64,000 nt of DNA, from NCBI GenBank assembly GCA_035510735.1, contig DATKGN010000007.1, positions 105 to 64,104 of the forward strand. Direction: 5' to 3'. Below are positions 56,807 through 64,000 of this stretch, piece by piece (position 1 is the first letter of the stretch; each line of letters opens with the position of its first letter). Source of the DNA: Patescibacteria group bacterium. Lineage in GTDB: Bacteria; Patescibacteriota; Microgenomatia; UBA10105; UBA927. The translations under genes and the position numbers were made by a program. Under the pieces are notes generated by a model. That model saw only the letters and a program-made list of their open reading frames with translations, was not told where the DNA came from and searched no databases.

Positions 56807-59800
56807 TTAAAATGTGAACGGATAATATACACCGTTGGTAAACGCTTTTCCGTGACGCATAAGGTTTACCATATCCGGTTGCCAGGTAATCCGGAAATGC
56901 GTCGTTGCCGCGCCAGATCCTGATACCGTCCCCAGATACTGAAAATATCTGGTATTCGTTCCGACCTGCGCTTCATCGGAGTCCTGCGTTATGTTGTAAT
57001 CCGTTCCGGCAGTCAGCGTCGTCCATGTCGTACCGTTATCAGTCGATTTTTCCACAACCGCAGCACCGCTCCAGGTCCAGTTCGTAATTTTAATCACCGG
57101 ATCGTAGTACGTATAGGCAGTTGAGGCGCCCCGCGTATCGCTGAAGGACACCTGTACGGTATTATTCCCGTCAGCCTGCATGGAATAGTACCCCTGACCC
57201 TCGTTATACCCATCGGTATTTGCGTCGCCTGTGTCACTGGTTACCTTCGTACCGGTCACCGCTGTATAGAACGGATTCCAATAATCCTGCCCCTCGTGCT
57301 GGAACGTGGCGTCAAGAGCGCTCCCATTTTGAAATATGAATTGATAGTAGTCTGTCTTGGTGCTCCCAGCCGTATAAGAAACGCTCGTATCTCCCAATGC
57401 ATACAACGCAAGCGTACCGTCTCCATACGTTTGATTTTGCAACACGCTTGTTTCGCGGGGTGTGTAGGTCCAATACCCGACATACCATTTGGGATCAGCT
57501 GTTGCCGTATGCGTGCGCACTACCGCGGCCTGGGTTGTATAGGTAAGATTCGTAAACGTCCACGTGCTGGTTGTCGGTATCGTCGTCCAGCTCCCATCAA
57601 GCGTCGTATTATTAAATTGCTTATACTCCGAGGCGAGGCTAGCGAGCATGGTAAAAACAATCGGTTTATATTGTCCGGAAAATGCGCTCGTTGTATGGAT
57701 CGGCTCGTTAACGGTTACACGGTCAGGATACAGATAAAATTTTACGTTCGTCGCGTCTTGTGATGAATTTGTCCACGTACCGGTAACAACAACACGCACC
57801 GATGAGCTTTCCGAGAGAGCGATCGAAGACGTGGTAAACGTCGTGAACGTATCAAACGTGCTGTAATCGCGGATACATATTCCCATATCAGCGCTGGATA
57901 CTACACCTAATCTGTTTGTTGTATCGGTGTCAGGTAAAAAGAGTTGGTCTGCCATACCGGGTGCGGAGTTAAAGCGGATTTTGTAGACCCCGCTTGATGT
58001 CACAGTGACGGTGGTTGATGTGGATGTAGCCGACATTGTGGGGTCGATAACCAAATCGCCGGAAACGCCATCCGGCTCAAAATAGATGCGGACTGTGTTG
58101 GTGGTCGCGTCCTCATTCCAGCTCATGTTTCCGTTATACGGCGCAACGATGTGCACATCCCCATAGGTAGCTTCGTTGATTGACCTCACTGTACCATCTT
58201 CAGTCTTTGTCATGATGTTTTCCCGCGACTGGGTGAGGACAAAATTTTTCAGTTGAATTTCCCACATAATCCGTTTTTTCTGCGCGCCTGTCAGCTTCCA
58301 GTCTTCTTTCATGGCAGGCGTATCGCCGCTTGTCACTGTCCGTAACTTCCGCTCAAATGTCGCACCCAGCCCCAGTTTATTTTGGATGGAATCATCAAAT
58401 CGTACGCGTTTTTTGTCGGAATTTGCTTTCTTAAAATCGCTTTTCGTTGCGCTAATACGCGGATATGCTTCCCAGGTGTTTGTATCTGTATTCCAGTATT
58501 GGGGCGTAACGACGCCCACGGATGCAAGCTGATTGTTATCCGTAAGTTCTGTCACATCGTTATCTTTATACACTTGCTTCTGCGTTCCCCGCAAAGATTT
58601 ATACGTGACGGTTTTTGTCGCCGAAGTATTGTCTACCACAAAAGACTTGAGCTGTTTATCCTGCGGATCCTGAATGAGGAAATCATTCGGCTGGGTATCG
58701 GCGTTTACTACCACGGCACTCATCCCTTTTTTGCTTACATGAAGAACCTGATCCGCTACGACTTGCCACCTCCGCACGTCGCTAAATACTGTGGTCGTGG
58801 GCGTGGGAGTCTCGGGCGGTGCAATCTCTGCGCTTTGTGAAGCAACAGCGCTTCCTGACGCCTCGTTCATGGGAAGAAGGTCAACGGAAGGCAGCGCCGC
58901 GCTTTGAGTCGCCTGAGGATTTTCCGGCAATTGCGCACTGGCAGACGCCAGCGGACCTTCCGACAATTGGGCACTATCTGAAGCCTGCGCGGTTGACGGT
59001 GGCGCTTGGCTTCCTAACACGAGAGCGACGGGAGCCACTGTCGTCATCCGGACCGGACCCAAGAAGTACAGTGAGGGAAATATTTCCGGAGCTTTATATC
59101 GATATCCCAAGGTTAAATGGTCACCTGCTTTCATCGCCACCTGCCAACTCACCGCCTGAACATATGTTTGTGTCATGGCCACGGATTTTCCAAGATATTC
59201 CATCGGATCAATTTTGCCGAAATAGCCGTTATTCGGATCAAAAACGTTTAACCGCATACCGAAGTGCAAATGCGAGCCGGTCGCAAGGCCGGTATGACCG
59301 GAAAGACCGAGGACATCTCCCTGGGCAACGACTTGTCCTTCGGAAACAGAAATGTGACTAAAGTGGCCGTAATACGTCCTTCCCCAGGCATGCTGAATAA
59401 TAACGGTATTTCCGTACACACCCGGTCCCGCAGAGATTACGCTGCCGCGATCGGCCGCCAACACCGGCGTCCCTTCAGGGAGACCAAAATCTACCCCGTC
59501 GTGTCCGGCCAGGCCAAATTGCTGGTAGAGACTCTTCTCATTGGCGTCGTACAGCTGTTCCCCAAACCCAAGCGTTTCCGTGTAGCTCCCGTTAAACGGA
59601 TACCGCAGTAAAATGGTGCCGGAAACGCTCGCTTCTCCGCCTCCCGGTGTAAAAGGAATAACGGTTAATGCATCAAACGCCCGGCTTCCGTTTAGTGGGG
59701 TGACGGTAAAGGCGTCGGGGACAAAATCGGAAATGGTGCCTGTGAAATCCTGGTGCGCCGTGACAGAAAGATTCACCGTGTATGGTTCATGCGGATAGAT

Positions 59801-60907
59801 CCGTGTCGCTGTCGTTCGTTCAATGTCAAATGGTGAGGACGCTTGCACGTCAAACGTATCGGTAATGCCATACGGCACGCCATTAACGACAGCGGTGACA
59901 TGCATCGTATACGTACCCGCGCCATTCGTTTTATACGTCGCCCCATAATCGGATTTTTCGGTATACCGGTGCAGCTGACATTCGGAATTCACGGTGATGG
60001 TCGAATCGGCAACGCTCAGGGTGACGGTGGCGCCCGCGGGATCGGTAATCGTAGCGGCAAGGCCTGAATTATCACATATAATATTCCCCTCTTCATCAAG
60101 AACTGCGAAACTCATTTTGGCAACTTCCCCCGGCGTATAGATGGATTTATTCATGTTCACCGCAAGAATGCCCCACGTAAGTGATTGTTCCGATATCATC
60201 GCGTCATTTTGATACACACGCGCCGTATACTTTCCCGGCTTTATCTCATCAGGAGGGATAATGGTAAAGACAGTTGCTGTATCACCGGAAGTTTCCTGAA
60301 TTGTCGCCGGCACCTCGTCACCTGCATAATCGAAAAGAGCAACGTGAACACTCTGAGCTGTCGTGTCAACGATATTCGTGACGGTTATGGGAATTGACTC
60401 AACGCTTCGGAAATCCCGTTTCGGAAGCGCCCGAACAACGGCAATTTCACGAATGCTTGCTGATCCTGTTTGAGACGAAAATCCCAAATCGGGCATAATT
60501 GTCGGCGTCGGCGTGGGACTTGGCGCCGTTGGATAATCCGGGACGGCGATAGTCGGATGTATAGGCGTGGGAGTCGGAGACGGCGATGCAGTCGGGACCG
60601 GTGTAGATGTAGGCGTAGGCACAGATGCCGAACCGGTGGCCGGCGGACCGTCAAATAAACCCATAGGTGTCGGGGTCGGACTTGTGGATGATGTGGGACT
60701 CACGGACGGCGTCGGACTCACTGTTGGGGTCACGCTTGGTGTGGCGCCCTGAGCCAGCGCAGACTGCCACGGCAACAGTAATTGTTCAAGACTAAGAATG
60801 AGAATAAATCCCCAAATCCCAAGCTTTTTCAGCATTGGTTTGTATTGTTTTGATCTTTTTGTATGCATATATTTTTTCATAACAAGGCGCAAGACACCCA
60901 AACCCAC
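56807..60907 (-). CDS. giant secreted protein (1366 aa) with central M23 (LytM-type) metallopeptidase domain
   Basis: Signal/TM 'LGIWGFILILSLEQLLLPWQSALA'; PT-rich linker; M23 motifs 'HDGVDFGLPEGTPVLAADRGSVI...GNTVIIQH...YGHFSHISVSEGQVVAQGDVLGLSGHTGLATGSHLHFGMRL'; long Thr/Ser-rich C-terminal region of unknown fold. Confidence 0.75.
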   Translation of the reverse strand: MGLGVLRLVMKKYMHTKRSKQYKPMLKKLGIWGFILILSLEQLLLPWQSALAQGATPSVTPTVSPTPSVSPTSSTSPTPTPMGLFDGPPATGSASVPTPTSTPVPTASPSPTPTPIHPTIAVPDYPTAPSPTPTPTIMPDLGFSSQTGSASIREIAVVRALPKRDFRSVESIPITVTNIVDTTAQSVHVALFDYAGDEVPATIQETSGDTATVFTIIPPDEIKPGKYTARVYQNDAMISEQSLTWGILAVNMNKSIYTPGEVAKMSFAVLDEEGNIICDNSGLAATITDPAGATVTLSVADSTITVNSECQLHRYTEKSDYGATYKTNGAGTYTMHVTAVVNGVPYGITDTFDVQASSPFDIERTTATRIYPHEPYTVNLSVTAHQDFTGTISDFVPDAFTVTPLNGSRAFDALTVIPFTPGGGEASVSGTILLRYPFNGSYTETLGFGEQLYDANEKSLYQQFGLAGHDGVDFGLPEGTPVLAADRGSVISAGPGVYGNTVIIQHAWGRTYYGHFSHISVSEGQVVAQGDVLGLSGHTGLATGSHLHFGMRLNVFDPNNGYFGKIDPMEYLGKSVAMTQTYVQAVSWQVAMKAGDHLTLGYRYKAPEIFPSLYFLGPVRMTTVAPVALVLGSQAPPSTAQASDSAQLSEGPLASASAQLPENPQATQSAALPSVDLLPMNEASGSAVASQSAEIAPPETPTPTTTVFSDVRRWQVVADQVLHVSKKGMSAVVVNADTQPNDFLIQDPQDKQLKSFVVDNTSATKTVTYKSLRGTQKQVYKDNDVTELTDNNQLASVGVVTPQYWNTDTNTWEAYPRISATKSDFKKANSDKKRVRFDDSIQNKLGLGATFERKLRTVTSGDTPAMKEDWKLTGAQKKRIMWEIQLKNFVLTQSRENIMTKTEDGTVRSINEATYGDVHIVAPYNGNMSWNEDATTNTVRIYFEPDGVSGDLVIDPTMSATSTSTTVTVTSSGVYKIRFNSAPGMADQLFLPDTDTTNRLGVVSSADMGICIRDYSTFDTFTTFTTSSIALSESSSVRVVVTGTWTNSSQDATNVKFYLYPDRVTVNEPIHTTSAFSGQYKPIVFTMLASLASEYKQFNNTTLDGSWTTIPTTSTWTFTNLTYTTQAAVVRTHTATADPKWYVGYWTYTPRETSVLQNQTYGDGTLALYALGDTSVSYTAGSTKTDYYQFIFQNGSALDATFQHEGQDYWNPFYTAVTGTKVTSDTGDANTDGYNEGQGYYSMQADGNNTVQVSFSDTRGASTAYTYYDPVIKITNWTWSGAAVVEKSTDNGTTWTTLTAGTDYNITQDSDEAQVGTNTRYFQYLGTVSGSGAATTHFRITWQPDMVNLMRHGKAFTNGVYYPFTF

Positions 60908-60908
60908 G

Positions 60909-64000
<3,092 letters not shown>

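Overview
This is a bacterial window with roughly 55 protein-coding genes and no rRNA, tRNA or CRISPR array that I could find by eye. Most genes are lineage-specific hypotheticals, which suggests an accessory-rich region of a poorly characterised bacterium, possibly a CPR/Patescibacteria-like organism (inference only). Clearly recognisable genes: lepA/EF4 (41420..43570, minus strand), two tandem primary-type sigma-70 paralogs with near-identical promoters, a sortase next to an LPVAG-anchored substrate, a GT2 glycosyltransferase with a 1072-aa polytopic membrane protein, three or four SAM-methyltransferase-like genes, a GNAT acetyltransferase, a HAD hydrolase, a ParD antitoxin with a frameshifted ParE/RelE toxin, a 1366-aa secreted M23-peptidase protein, and a collagen-like (Gly-X-Y) giant protein that runs off the window end. 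Main hunting results: (1) The last ~55-70 nt of lepA occur three times in direct orientation (about 41421, 39537 and 38163), delimiting two cargo modules inserted directly downstream of lepA. One module is an AT-rich AbiL/OLD-like two-gene defence candidate (ABC-type AAA ATPase plus a small TOPRIM-like RloB/DUF4276-like protein). The other is a single unknown 403-aa gene. No integrase is visible. (2) A ~70-nt palindromic element with TGTCAT...ATGACA termini sits in-frame inside lepA (RPE-like), with a second copy in an intergenic spacer and a fragment in the sortase promoter. (3) An expanded family of at least five 440-550-aa HEAT-repeat-like proteins, all on the minus strand and interleaved with unrelated ORFan genes, plus a second tandem paralog pair. 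(4) A GGTTAC-type octamer simple-sequence-repeat family in intergenic spacers and inside lepA. My coordinates for non-CDS elements are hand-counted and may be off by 1-2 nt.
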